In this document: in pieces, positions 23,351-36,989 of the stretch | How positions within the stretch are numbered: position 1 is the first letter of the stretch | How the letters are laid out: each line of letters starts with the position of its first letter | Assembly (NCBI RefSeq): GCF_011386835.1 | Contig: NC_088792.1 | Coordinates: forward strand, 265,546,001-265,610,000 | Direction of reading: 5' to 3' | Length of the DNA stretch: 64,000 bases | Origin: Chrysemys picta bellii | Taxonomy: Eukaryota | Notes under the pieces: generated by a model | The model's input: the letters and a program-made list of their open reading frames with translations, nothing else | Told to the model about the DNA's origin: nothing | Database searches by the model: none | Program-made: the position numbers and the translations under genes

Positions 23351-23723
23351 CTGCTTCCCACTTCAATCTGAAGCATCCAGCAGGTGAGCAGATCCTGCTA
23401 TGGATCTGGACTGACATTTCTGATGGGTGGTTATTACTCTCACCAGACTAGAATTGCAAGGACTTTAATAAATGTCTCAAATGGTTGTCTGTTTAGCTCT
23501 TTACTTTGTACAACCACTATCCATACCCACTGTTGGGCTAATACAAACGGGGTTTGCAGAAGAGGAGATGGAGTGTAGGGCATTGCTGTCTGAGATGTAG
23601 CCAGCAGCATTTCCTTCCCATTCAAAAAAGCCAGGAGCTGCATGGGATGTCTTTCCCTTACCCTCTCCAACGAGTGACAGGTAGGTAGGGTGGACCGCAA
23701 GGACAGGGAGCTGGCCCACCATA

Positions 23724-23758
<35 letters not shown>
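23724..23758 (+). repeat. Compound (CT)n-(CA)n microsatellite
   Basis: Directly visible. Confidence 0.93.
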
Positions 23759-24254
23759 CCCTCTGCAGTGACAGCAAGTCGTAGCTGCTATCAGGGTAGA
23801 TCCATGAAAACAGATATAAGCAGCTAGAAGGCAATTTGGATCTCAGGGATTTAGAGAAACAGTATTGGCACAGTTTGTTCTATAGACAGATATAGCTATG
23901 GTTTTATATTATATTTAATTAGATTTACAGGATACCTCCACAACTCTGTCACATTCTAGTGATCTAAAACGGGGTGACTTCTGAGAGAAAAGCTCTGTCT
24001 TCTCTGAAGCCTCAAAGCACAAACCAATCAAAACCTTGGTGCAGCTAGTTCACTAAACCACAACTGAATACTTTGTTTTCACTTGCACATACAGCCTGAG
24101 TGAGTACCTCCCAAAAATAGCACAGGAGGCTATGACACTGGCGGTCAAGGCTCCCAATGACATTCTTAATGACATGACTGGACTCATATGCGCTAGGAAT
24201 CAATTTGCAAAAACAAGCAGGTTTTCAGCCCTCCACAGACCGAGATAAGAATCA

Positions 24255-24555
24255 GGGCTTGTCTATATTACCCGTTGGATCGACAGGCAGCAATCAATCC
24301 AGCAGGGGTCAATTTATCGTGTCTAGTCTAGACGCGATAAATCGACCACCGAGTGCTTTCCCATTGACTCCGGTACTCCACCGGAGCAAGAGGCATAGGC
24401 GGAGTCGACGGGGGAGCGGCAGCCGTCGACTTACCACAGTGAAGACACTGTGGTAAGTAGATCTAAGTACGTCGACTTCAGCTAAGTTATTTACTTAGCT
24501 GAAGTTCTGTAACTTAGATTGATCACCACCACCACTCCGCAGTGTAGACCAGGCC
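24255..24555. mobile_element. Non-autonomous Harbinger-type MITE (301 bp), hairpin-bearing family
   Basis: TIR GGGCTTGTCTATATT / AGTGTAGACCAGGCC and flanks TCA/TAA. Homologous to 37531-37833 in the opposite orientation. Confidence 0.85.
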
Positions 24556-24685
24556 TAAGACTAAAAAAGAAATGGAGGAAGAGGGTTTGTAGGGATATGA
24601 GTGCAAGACATTGACTGAACAAAGCCAGTATGTTGACGTATGTGGTTTTATTACATCCAGCTTCCCACAACACACATCCCACAAA

Positions 24686-24686
<1 letters not shown>

Positions 24687-24752
<66 letters not shown>
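24687..24752 (+). repeat. (CA)n microsatellite, about 33 units
   Basis: Directly visible uninterrupted CA run. Confidence 0.97.
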
Positions 24753-24755
<3 letters not shown>

Positions 24756-25774
24756 CAAAAAAAACACACCACACATCGTAAGTCACCTACTCTTAGGTCG
24801 GGTCTAAAAGGACAGAGGTATAATTTTTTTTTTACCAATATAGTTATACTGTACAACAATATAAAGGTGGCTTAGGCACCTTTCCATTTGGGAATAGCTA
24901 TACAGTTATAAAGGCACCTATATACCAATATAAGTGTATCCACACTAGGGTGGCTTAACCACTTTAATGACTTGTGACTCTGCACTGTTTATAGTTCTCA
25001 AACCCCTAACACTCTAATGTGCAGCACAGGTCTTTAAAACATGTAACAAGGAGGCCAAAGAAAGTATACAACAATAGCCAAAAGCACGATGGTAGAAACT
25101 TAAAAGTATATTAAGCTCACTTCTTTAATATTCTTCTGATGATCTCCATTAAAAACCTGTGATATAAATAACTTATAGTTATAAATAGACCTCCTGATTA
25201 GTGTGGGACAGAGGTATATTTGGATATAAAATAAAGTAACACCACCTCAAAATTGGGTACAATCCAGAGGTGTGTTCCACATTTGGTTTAGTGCAGATGG
25301 ACTGATTACAGTTTTCCACCTTCAATATTTTTAGAACTGTATTCTAGATAATAGAGGATGAAACAACATGAACCATCTGGGCTCGCTCTTCCTCTTGAGT
25401 GGTGGCAATTTAAAACAGCACAAATGCCATTAAGTTGTATAATTACTGTTGAACATGCCACAAAAACTGAAACTTGATGAAACTTGTTAGAGGAAAGGTA
25501 ACATGGAACAGTCATTTCATGGCCCTGATGCTGCAAAGACCTATACATGCACTTAATTTCACACACTGTAAGTAGTCCCATTGACTTCAATATCTGCACT
25601 GGGATAGTGATGAACTCCTCTCCAATGAACGCAAGTACCCTTATCAGTGGTACGTACTGCTCAGCCCTCCCTGCTCAACCAAGACACCCTCTTCACATCC
25701 AGAATGAATAAATTCCAACAGTATGAAAGGCAAATGCTTACACCAAGTCTATCAAGGAACGATGGCACCAAGCA

Positions 25775-25985
25775 GGAAGTAATATGGTTTAGTTGGGCAC
25801 TGTCCTGGAATTCTGGAGACCTGGATTAAATTCCCAGCTCAGCCACAGATTTTCTGCATGACCTCGGCAATTCGCTTAATCTACCTTGTGCCTCCATTGC
25901 CCATCAAATAGGAAGCACAACTCCCTACTTCACATGGATATTATCCGTTAATGATTGTGAGGTGCTCAGATGCACATACAGGGAG
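25775..25985 (+). mobile_element. Core-SINE (MIR-like)
   Basis: GGAATTCTGGAGACCTGGATT..CAGCTCAGCCACAGA..TGACCTCGGCAA..TGTGCCTC..GTGAGGTGCTCAGA. Confidence 0.6.
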
Positions 25986-28878
25986 TATTGAGCAAAACTT
26001 TAATTCAGATAAAAAAAAAATCTCCATTCTCTTTGGCCTCCATTGTTATATTGTCAGGAATATTTATTAAGCCTGTCTTTGTTATGTACCCATATTATAA
26101 CCTTTAACTACGGTGCAGTTATATCCTAGTAATCCCTGGCCTGACTCTCAAAGGTGCTGAACTCCCACAACAACCTTTGAAGCCAATGGGAGTTGAGCAC
26201 CTTTGAAGGACGGACAATCAGACCATCCAACTCACTTTATTAGATGTATTTAAGGAGCACCGGGTGAATCAGAGAGAGAGAGAGACTGAACAGGAACACC
26301 AGCTGAAGCCAGGGTTAAAAAAGTGAGCCAAATAAATTACCTAGTGGGAGGGAGAGGCGTGGGCTACAAATAGGAAAAACACATTTTCTATGGCAAAAAA
26401 TAAAAAGTTCAGAGGTTGCCCCAGACACGGTAAATCTTTTAGTGTCCTCAAAAGTCATTCTGTCTTCCAGACATTCCACTGTTTTCTGTGGTGGATAAAA
26501 AGGGGCCAGCGACCCATGAAGTGTCAGGAATTCATCTAACAGAGACCAGGCGAAGTTGCCGGACAGCTATTGTGCTCAAGTGAAGTTCAAACGCAAATCC
26601 TGTCAAGAAATGGCACTGATCATTGGTTCAGCTGGTAGCGAAGGGGGTTGAGAAGGAAAGGGAGGGGGAAGGGGGAAAGTTTAGGCCTTTGCCAAGTAGC
26701 AGATAAAAAAGAAAGAGCAAGGCCACAATGGTATTAGGGTAACTTTCTCACAGCTACAGCTGAAAAGGGGGGCGGAGGGAGGAAAAGGAAAATGCAGGCA
26801 GCTTGATGGTCAGGCCTTTGTACAAAACAGGCCTACTGTTGCTTTTTCAGGGGCTTGGAGGGTAAAGGGGTTTATATATTTACATTTATCAAAGCAGATT
26901 GACAAAAAGGAATTTTGAAAAGTACTGCTCTCGACATTAAATATTCATGCCAGCAGCGATGGCAGGGCTAATGGAAAGTGTTCAACAAAACCCTTAACAA
27001 CTTTGTTAATGCATGGAGACCAACAGGGGTCATGCCACATTTTGAGGAAATCACGTGCCGTTTCCATGTGAATATAACAAAAATAGTTTTCTCTTTTTGA
27101 CAACAGACTTAATAGGTGCCCATTTACTGAACTAAAAACCAAACAGAATTGGAGGCATCAAATTAGGGTTTTAAACACCCATCAAGTGCATGCTTTTAGT
27201 TAACCACTCTGTGTCACAGTCATTAAAACCTACTGCTATGATCTTGCCTCTGGACTTCGGTCATCAGCAGAAATGAAGCTGCCAATGTGATGCACTTACA
27301 TAGACATCTTTGTCCCGATCGAGGAGGATTTTGGCAGTTACTAAGTGGTCATCTATTTAACTTCCACGCTGCAAACAGACTCAAATTTTGTTTGGTGGGT
27401 AAAAAGGGGCTGGAGGGGATGTTATAGTTTTATAGGATGCTGTAATTACAGTTGCCATCTCAATTTCATGGGAGAGAGACAAAGCAAAACTCAGATATCA
27501 ACACCCCCTACCTTTTGGGGAAGATGGGAGCATATTTAAAATGTGAACCTAGATCAGGATCCACATTTTGCAGAAAGCCCCCCACCTCGCACTTACCCCC
27601 AGTCTTTATGATGGGCCAAACCCGCAGGTGCACAAAACCCAAACTTCCTAAACCTGGATCTGAATTTTGCTCCTTTCCTCCTCATTGCCTTCATCAAAAA
27701 GAAGGAGGTGAAGCTTGCTCTCCTCTCCACAATGAGAAAAGTGTTTTTATGAGGAATATACTGGGTCATATCCTCTGGTACAGGATGGCTGCTTTGTACC
27801 ACACACTGGGCAGACTTTGATCAAAACCTAAGTGAGTGGCCTAGGGAGGATTTCCAGGTGTAGAAGTGATCAAGCAGCAGCGTACCATTGATGAAGGGCT
27901 TGTATACCATGCGCCGTAATCACTGCAACGGGGGCGTGATTATTGAAAAGGGAAGGTTATCAGGATGACTTTTGCTAGGCAGAGCTTGGGCTGTTTACCC
28001 CATTGTAGCCAATCTGGACAAGCATCATTTAAATCACATTTAAATTAGGTGGTTCTAAGCGTATAGTGGGAAAATACCCATGATCGGAACAGTGCAGGCA
28101 GAGTACCCAAGGATCTGGCCTGTAAGAGCTTTTTATGCCCCCTTCTCTTCAAATTATCTGTTTAGGACAAGAACCTCATCATTACAGTGCCTATCACACC
28201 GGGAATTCAGTCCTGATTTGAGTCTATGAGCACTACTACAACAATAATATCAGGATGACAAAGCACAAAGTACAGCCACCAACCCAGATTCAAAAGCAAT
28301 TAGAGTCATAACAACCACATGCTGGATTCTGACCACACAGGCAAAATTACGAGTTTAAGGAAAGTGCTGCCTGCAGAAGATCACTATACAAATCACTACT
28401 TGCAGTCTCAAAGATCACACAGACACATGTGCTTAGCTGCTCTTAAATGTATATGATATGGCTTTAAGGTTCAAAAGCTGCTGTCTCTGTTAAACTTTTT
28501 TCCCCCTAGGTCAGCAAGTTAAATCAGTGTGTGGTTCCTGCTATATCAACTCTGCAAGTTAGACATTTTGCTTTGATAGCAGAAGTGAAATCAAGAGGCC
28601 AATTAACTTGGTTTGTTCTGAATTCAAGACAATTTATGGCCCAAGTAAAATGATTTGCAATGCAAGACAAGATCAGGTCAGGGAATCACTTTAGGAAACC
28701 AACATAGTCTTATCAGTCCATTTCTATCAAAGACTTTAGGATATGATTGACTCAGATTCTGTAATTTCTACTAGTTGGTGCAATTAAATTATATCGTCTT
28801 AGAACCTCTTATGACTCATCAAGCTTTCAAAACAGCTTCTACAAAAAGAGCACCAAGGCCTGTCTTCATTCTCTATTC

Positions 28879-29690
28879 CAGTGGTTCTCAGCCAGGGGCC
28901 CGGGGCCATGAGCAGGTTTCAGGGGAGCCGCCAAGCAAGGCCAGTGTTAGACTTGCTGGGTCCCAAGGCAGAAAGCTGAAGCCCAGGGCTCCCAGCCTCA
29001 TAGACTCATAGACTCATAGACTAAGGTCAGAAGGGACCATTATGATCATCTGGTCTGACCCCCTGCATGCTGCAGGCCATAAAACCGTCCCTACCCCTTC
29101 CCTGGACTCTGCTGTTGAAGTCCCCAATCCTGTTTTTAGTGACTGCAATCGGCAGAGACCCTTCCTGCTAGAGATCCCTGCCCCATGCTGCGGAGGAAGG
29201 CGAAAAACCTCCAGAGGCTCAGCCAATCTGCCCTGGAGGAAAATTCCTTCCCGACCCCAAATGTGGCGATCAGTAAGACCCCGAGCATATAGACAAGAGT
29301 CTCCAGCCCGACCCCGTTAGCCATTATACTATTTACCCACCATTGCTTGGCTTTCCTTGACTACTATGTTTTACCATTAAACCATTCCCTCCATAAACTT
29401 ATCTAACTTTATCTTAAAACCAGACAGGTCCGTCGCCCCCACCGTTTCCCTCGGTAGGCCGTTCCAATATTTCACCCCTCTGACGGTCAGAAACCTTCGT
29501 CTGGGGCTGAAGCCGAAGCCTGAGCAACTTAATTTTGTGGGGACCGCTGTGGCATGGACCCTGGACAATTGTCCTGCTTCCTACCTCCTAATACTAGCCC
29601 TGGCTTTTATATGCAGAAAAACAGTTGCTGTGACACTGGTGGGCCGTGGAGTTTTTATAGTCTGTTGGGGGGGGGGACCACTCAGAAAGA
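28879..29690. mobile_element. hAT-type non-autonomous element split by the CR1 insertion
   Basis: Begins CAGTGGTTCTCAGCC. The GC-rich interior GCTGAAGCCC continues on both sides of the CR1. The right end is degraded. Confidence 0.55.
28998..29502 (-). mobile_element. CR1 LINE 3' end with octamer tail, inserted into a hAT-like MITE
   Basis: (TCATAGAC)x3 tail at 28998-29021. The minus frame 29377-29568 gives RRRFLTVRGVKYWNGLPRETVGATDLSGFKIKLDKFMEGMV. Confidence 0.92.
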
Positions 29691-30086
29691 ACCCCTGCTC
29701 TATTCCCTTTAATTAAAAAGGAACAAAAACACGCACACACAGAGAAGAGAAAACCACCATGAGTCATTCGCAGGACACGGACATGTTATTAATCTGAAAA
29801 ATGCATTTCTGATCGGGAAAAATAGGAACAAATACACGTGAACATCTCCTAGAAATCCAACAAGTGTTAGTGGACAATAAGACTGCCTTTTTATGTTCAT
29901 AGGCATGGCATTCCTTACATCCCATTTTACCTAGAAAAGGTACCATTGCATTTTCTACTTTAGGCATCATTAACCCTCTGCATTCTGGACATGAAATACT
30001 GTGGTCATCCGACATTTAGCCTTCACAAAGCAAGCAAGAGCCTTTGCAGAGCTTCCCAAGTTAAAACAGCCTCACAGTCCGAACTG

Positions 30087-30233
30087 AGGCATGTCTACAC
30101 TGAAATTACAGCAGCTGGCCTGAACCCAAACATCTACACCACAATTAAATGGCCCCCTAAGCCCAAGTCCCACCAGCCCAAGTCAGCTGACATGGGCCAG
30201 CCGCTGGTGTTTAACTGCAGTGTAGACATACCC
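30087..30233. mobile_element. Harbinger-type MITE (147 bp)
   Basis: TIR AGGCATGTCTACACT / AGTGTAGACATACCC. Confidence 0.75.
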
Positions 30234-30724
30234 ACACACTCTAGACAGGACATTAGCTGAGGTTTGTTGAATAAACAATTAAAATTAAGTAGCTTCACTC
30301 TTCCTACAGGCATTAGCACGATCATATCAGTTCATGAAATGGTCATGAATATAGACTGCAAAACCTAGCAAGAGTCTAACATTTTCATGCTTTTTATTCA
30401 TTATGACAGGGTCTTTTGTGAGCACCTTGGTTCCATCACCATTTCCATTCGCTTTTAGGGCTATCATATCAGCCCTGCCAGACTTCAAAGAATTTTTGGT
30501 GGCTTAATTACGGTTAAACAAGAGTATTTAAAACTAAAAGAAGTCAGAGTTGATGCAAAGCCATTTTAAGCAATATATATGAACACTAAAGCATAGCTGA
30601 CACTTATTGCTTTTGAACCAAACTAAATGCATCAGTTTAGAACAAAGGCACACAATAAAACGCCACACCACACAAAAGGCCAGATCCAGAACCTCAGCTG
30701 GCATAACACAGTACAACACCCTTT

Positions 30725-30977
30725 GGGTACGTCTTCACTTATCGGAGGGTCCGGCGGCAGGCAATTGATGTTCTGGGATCAATCCCAGAAGTGCTCTCCG
30801 TCGACGCCGGTACTCCAGCTCACCGAGAGGAGTACGCGGCATCGACGGGGGGAGCCTTCCTGCCGCGTCTGGACCCGCGGTAAGTTCGGACTAAGGTACT
30901 TCGAACTCAGCTACGTTATTAACGTAGCTGAATTTGCGTACCTTAGTCCGAAGTGGGGGCTTAGTGGGGACCAGGCC
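30725..30977. mobile_element. Non-autonomous Harbinger-type MITE (253 bp), CpG-rich and young-looking
   Basis: TIR GGGTACGTCTTCACT / AGTGGGGACCAGGCC, 3-bp TSD TTT, internal 68-nt hairpin at 30885-30952. Confidence 0.85.
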
Positions 30978-31349
30978 TTTGAGTTAATGCAAGTATGTCT
31001 GTTTATGCCACCTGATGCCCTTAAAACTCACTTTTAGCACACAAAGGCTAAACCCAGGATAACCGGGGCTATTATTTTTTTAAATATCCATTTGGTCGTC
31101 AGGAGTTAAAGCAATGCCCCAAGCATATTTGAGTGTGTCAGGTTTGTACTTTTCTGGTCTGTAACATGTAATATCACAGATCACTTATTTTTATGCTCAT
31201 CGTGAGCTGTTACATTCATCACTTGACGTCTGATTTTCCTTCTTTGTTTGTTTTTAAAATACTTCCTAATAAAAATCTCAAACTATTATCAATGCATATA
31301 TTTTTCACAAACTATGCTTTTCATATTCTGATGTTAAACAGATGTTAAC

Positions 31350-31525
31350 TACCTATACCCTCTGTGATGCAAGCATTAGCCCTATATTTTAGGTGAGAGA
31401 GCTAAGGCAAAGAGGGTAGGTGAGATGTCTGAGACCACAGAAACAGTTAGTGTCAGCGAGGAATTCACATCTGAGACGTTTCTAGACCTAATCCTGGGTT
31501 CAGGCCATTAGATTACACATTCCTG
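31350..31525 (-). mobile_element. Core-SINE (MIR-like), degraded
   Basis: CCCTATATTTTAGGTGAGAGAGCTAAGGCAAAGAG..GAGACCACAG. Confidence 0.45.
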
Positions 31526-33943
31526 TAATATCCAGCCTTTGTCACGACAACAAATCAAATTCATACAGAGCTAGAAAGCATCAAAGAGATGTAACTCCAC
31601 TTTAGAATTTGACTTGAAGTACCTAGAGGGAACAGGAAAAAAGCATTGAAACTAATATTCATATGCCAGCAACGACTATAACCCTAAGTGTTTAACAGTT
31701 TCTTTAACAAGTCTTTGTTTAAACCAAACTGATTCTATTAATCTCCTACTGAACAAATATGATAAATTTCTATCCAAATTATCCTCCGGTGAGCAATGAT
31801 GAATACCAGCAATATTCTTTAAGTGATCCATTATTTTAATCTGGCTATAAGCAGCTCCAGGTATTTTATATGCATAGATATGAATAATCTTCAATCTGAT
31901 AATCAGGTGTAAAACAGTTTGGTGCTGTGAGGTTTGGACAGAACATGGAAACAGTCAAACCCTCAGTAACAGATCGAGCAACTCAGAAACCTCATCTCAG
32001 CGGAGTTCACATTGTAACAATACAGAACATAATTTACAAGCTACCATGAAATGCTAGAGGTCAAAATTTTCAGGGCATAATTTAAACAAGAAGAACGTGC
32101 ATAGGATATTGTATTAGGCTTTGAGATCTTAAAAAAAAAAAAGTTGGCTAGGGTAAAAATGCAGACAGTGCTTTGTGGTTAGAAAGAAAAAGGTAATTAT
32201 TTGTCAGATGTAACATCCAAATGCTTTTCTCTATTCTTTTTATTAGCAAGCTCATCTATCTACCCACATGCACACACATACACCATCTGACTTTAAAAAG
32301 AAAGTGTAAAGCATTATTTGAAACATGTTCACAAATTATCTTTTTTGTGTCCCATTGCATAAGAGGTACATGGAGTGGTACCTCAACATCTTCCAATGTC
32401 CCCAAACTGCTTACTGGTGGCCCTTAATAATTTGGGTTGTTAAGCTACTTGGATGAACTGCATTTTCAACACGATAAAAGATCAAATCCTTTTGATGTTT
32501 AAGTCCCAGGAAGTTCAAAGGTCAGCCTGCTTACCTAATTTGCTGTTTATGCAGAGTCAAAGCAGGAAATGCCTCATTTCTAAACTTTTCAGTTGAATGT
32601 ATCATTTATTGTGAAGTTTGAAGCACTGTTAATTGTTTAACGTACTGGTGTTTAGTACTATGCTGAACAGTTCATTCAAATGGGTGACAAACGCTTTCTG
32701 ATCACCTAGAGGAAGCACTTTGATTGTGCAAAGTATCTCCCCTTCCTAGGTCACACTTGCAAAAAGGAAAAAAAAAATGGTTTCTACCTTTCCTGGGTAT
32801 ATCCGAATACATTGCACATTTTGCATAGCAACAAAACCAATGAAAAATATTATTGCATAACCTGTTTTTAAAGCGAGCTGTGGTAAATTCTGAGAAAAAG
32901 CACACACAAAAGAATGAAAATAGAATATAAAAATTAGCATAAAAGCAGGAAGGAGACAGTAAAATGGGACAGTTTGAGCAAAATGGTTTAAGTTAACAAG
33001 TTACATACAAATGGATATGTGTTTCAATGAAGGAACCTGTGAAAGCAAACGTACTTTGTTTAAAAAACATATCCAGTTGCATTTTCCTTTAATATGCATA
33101 AAGCATGGGGAGAGAGAGAAAACGCTGATTGGGCTCAAGGGCTTTTTCCTTGTTCTAAGACAAGTCCCCACAGGGTTACCTTTGCCATTTCTAAATTTTT
33201 AACAAAAATTACAAAGTCTTGTATGAATTGCATTCCAGCAAAACAAAACAGGGAGACAGAATCATTGCCCCAGGCCTTGGGCTGTACTGCGGCTGATTTG
33301 CACTGCACTATTGGCAGCAAGCGGCCCTAAAACATCCTGTATCCATCCATGGGACAAATGCACCACTCAGTACAGTTGTATGGAGTCAGAATAATGGCTC
33401 TTAGGCCATTACCTCCCCACCCCCACTTTGCTTGTCCTCCCAAGAGGGAGGTCAGGGCATTAGTGTACCCCAATGATCATCAGTTATAGCTTCTTGGAGC
33501 CACAGACAGCCAGCACTAGTTACAGCAGCCTGAGGTCTGCTCTAACTTATGCCAAGGAACCAGCCCGGCACACAGTCAGCCCCGGATCAGAACCGCCTAA
33601 TTAGGGCAAAGGCCACCCTTGCACATCTTTTACTGGGCTGCACCACGCACTCTCTGCCTACAGTCAAGAACCTGGATCCTTATGCCCCGTCTGGGAGGCC
33701 ACACCTTGCACACGATGGAAAACAGATGTCTAGCATGATTTCTAACTACTACGATCCTATACTTTATTGCTTAAAATGTAAGTTGTTTAGCTGCTACTGC
33801 AATTTTCCTCTTGGAGATTCTTGAGTCTTCATAATCATCTCTGCTTCGTTTCTAGTAAACTGGATCCAGCTTTCAGCAATGTACCGTCATACCAGCTAAA
33901 ATAGTTTGAGATTCACAGAGAAGTATATTCGTCAAAGAGCAAC

Positions 33944-33952
<9 letters not shown>

Positions 33953-33975
<23 letters not shown>
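33953..33975 (+). repeat. (AT)n microsatellite
   Basis: Directly visible. Confidence 0.92.
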
Positions 33976-35332
33976 GCTCCAAGGTAAGCATTATTTTTTA
34001 CTCATCTTTATATCCTCAAGGGTCCTTCAGTATTGTTTTCTATTGCTTACCTTGCAGCTATTTAAAAAGCCACAATAATAAAAAGACCTGTGCAATTGTG
34101 TATCTAGGCAATGTCCATACTTCTAGTATCCCACACACCAAACATCCTCCCCACTAAGCATTAAAAAAAAAGACAAGCCTTTATGTGAAGAAGCTTCCCC
34201 AAAACTATTTTGGCTTCTTATTACTATTAAAACGTACACTGGTTTCACTAAGAACTTTTTTCCTGGAAAGCATTCAGCCATACAAGGAACACAGGCCTAA
34301 AGAAATTTACCAGATTTGCTCATGAGTTTAGATTCCACCCCTGCCCAACTCCCTGTATCTCACTTCCCATTTGTCTTTCTTCCATGTGTATCCTCACCCA
34401 GGAGTTGTAAGAGAAAGCAGATACAAGAACACTCCATTGTTATTAATGAATTGACTCAGTCATGCTGTTAACAGCCCCATTTAATTGTACAGTAGTGTTT
34501 GCTTGGCAGCTCCTCCCATTATAATGTAATAACAATCCTCTACACTGTCCCAAATGAATTACCAAGGTTCAGTTTACCATGTCACTTAACTCTCCACAGC
34601 TACTATCCAAAATACTAGCCACTTGACTCTTTGTGCACTATGATTAAACATACAGTCAAGATTAGCCCAGTCAATATCCATCACAGCTTTCACATGCAAC
34701 CCACAGAAATGAGTGCAAATAAAGAAATACTGCAGCACCAAGATGCTAACTAACAATGCTCTCATTACAGGCAAATCTGCCATTAATCACAGGCTGATGG
34801 GTCTGGGCTGGTGTTTTCAGCTCTCTCCTATTAGAGAAATGAAGTAGTGTTTAGCCTAGTGAATTGTAATGTAGGCATCTCTTGCCTAGCATTAATAAAT
34901 CAAACTTGTAAGTCATTCCCTTTTTTTCTGTGCACCCTTGTATTACTGTAGCTAACCATTCATTTTGAAATACCTAGGCTCCCTGGAACCACAGGTATAA
35001 ACCCCAGCAAGGTCAACCTAGAGACATTCATTGCTAAATAAAATGAGTTCCATGTCGTTTACTATGTGAATAGCTTCTGGATCTGGCCTTAATAAACATG
35101 GCATTAAAAAAATCCCATGACACTTCACTTCCCTTCCCCCCTCCTCCCCCCCAAGACTAGCAGTATGACCCAGTATCTCTGAACCAAAATTCCCTCCCCA
35201 CAGTTCTTCAGTCAGTTCATTCATGGTGTATCAGTGTGTTGCCACCCTCCAGCCCAGAGGTTGCTGCATTTTGATGAAGCTATGTTCAAAGAGCACTTCA
35301 GGAAAAAAGCTCTGTATAGCTGTCAAATAATA

Positions 35333-35620
35333 GGGTACATCTACACTGCAATAAAAGACCCGGGGCATGACCACAGCTGGCCCCGCATCAGCTGACTCGG
35401 GCTCAAGGGGCTCAGAATGGGAGGCAAAAAACTGCAATGTAGACATCTGGGTCCAGGTTGGAGCCCAGGCTTTAAGACCCAACCAGGGTTTCAGAGCCGA
35501 GGACCTCAAACCCCTTTACTGTAATTTTTAGCCCCTCTGCCTGACTCCCGGGAGCCTAAGTCAGTTTCCCAGGCTCTGAGGGCTGATGCTGGGGTTTTTT
35601 ATTTTAGTGTAGATATACCC
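35333..35620. mobile_element. Harbinger-type MITE (288 bp)
   Basis: TIR GGGTACATCTACACT / AGTGTAGATATACCC with flanks ATA/ATT. Confidence 0.8.
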
Positions 35621-35654
35621 ATTGAGGCTGTGCAGGCTTGATGAGCTGAGATTC

Positions 35655-36770
35655 AGAAGTAAATCAATGTATTCATGTCTGAATATTGGTGACATCATAG
35701 CAGAATTTTTGGAAGCCTGACTTCTCAGCAGCTGACCTTCCAGTGATCTGCCACACACTAGCCATCCATCTTCTCACTGGTCGTCCCCTACTACTCTGAC
35801 CCTCCACCATTCCTTCCATGATAATTTTCTCAAGCTTACTTTCCATCTCTGCACCTAATGTGACCAAAGTACATAAGTATGCATCTGCTGATCTCCAACA
35901 TGAGGGCCTACTTCTCTCCAATAATATTTCTAACTTAGGCATTGGCCTTTTTGTTCATAGAGGAGAATCACAGAGTCTTCACCAGCACAACATTTCAAAA
36001 GCTTCAATTTTCTTTTTGTCAGCAGCATTAGCTTCCCACAATTCACACCCATAAATCACTGCAGAAAAAATTAGGCTTTTTCCCCAGTCGCACCAACGTA
36101 CAATTTGAGATGACACAGTTTTTCCGCACTTTCTTAAGGGAGGCCATAGCTGAGTAAGTCATCCCAAGTCGCCTTCTGATTTCTTTGGAATTGCCTCCTT
36201 GGTTGGCTATATATGATCCCATATAATTAAATTCATCTACTGCCTCTACAGTTTATCTATTACTTGCAATGATTGTTTGCATCCTGGTTTTGCTAGTCCC
36301 ATCAATGTACATGCATTTTGTTTTTGTCACATTCAGGAACAGTCCGTATTCCTCATTAATTGTTTTACAGACTCCAACATTTGTTGCATTTCATCAGTAG
36401 TTGTAGCAAAGAGTGTTGTGTCATCAGCATATCTGAGGTCGGTTAAGAAGTATCCGCCAATAGAAATCCTGGCTCCTCCCACTTTGTCAAAACCTTCTAA
36501 GACTTCTCATATAAATCCTGTGCATATGTCAAAGAGGCTTGGGGACAAAAAACACCCTTGTCTCATGCCCTACCCAGTGAAAAACCACTCACTGTCACCT
36601 ACTGCTCTTTATACTGTGATCTGGTGGTGTTGGTAGAGCAAGGAGTTCAATGAGATGCTTTGGAATCCCCATGTTTCCCAGTATCCACCAAAGATGGTTG
36701 TGTGTGTCGGACGGTATCAAACGCTTCTGAGTGGTCAGTGAAGTACATGCCCAATGGTTGAGTGTGTACG
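35655..36770 (-). mobile_element. RTE-clade LINE remnant (reverse transcriptase to 3' end), many indels
   Basis: Minus-strand peptides: EAFDTVRH..MGIPKHLIELL, GMRQGCFLSP (about 36540-36570), DLRYADD (36420-36440) and LEKIIMEGMVEGQSSRGRPVRRW (35673-35942 ORF). Confidence 0.88.
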
Positions 36771-36989
36771 CTTTCTATTGTTTAATCAGGTAACATATTT
36801 GCGACTTGGTCATGTGTGCCTCATCCCTCTCTGAAGCCAGCTTCTTGTGGGGGGTAGTTCTGCTTCTATTCTTCATTACATGCAATCCTAGATTCCATAG
36901 AGCAGAACTTTGCTCAAGTGCGATATTAGGGAGATGGTACGACAGTGCTCTGTTATGTCTCCCTTCTTTGGTAAGGGCAGAAAACTTCC

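Noticed and set aside
24523-24875. ORFs with THTHTH / CVCVCV runs (also at 14303, 23501, 41318 and 41364)
   Set aside because: They are translations of (CA)n microsatellites.
36277-36636. 119-aa plus-strand ORF
   Set aside because: It is the antisense shadow of the RTE reverse-transcriptase frame on the minus strand.
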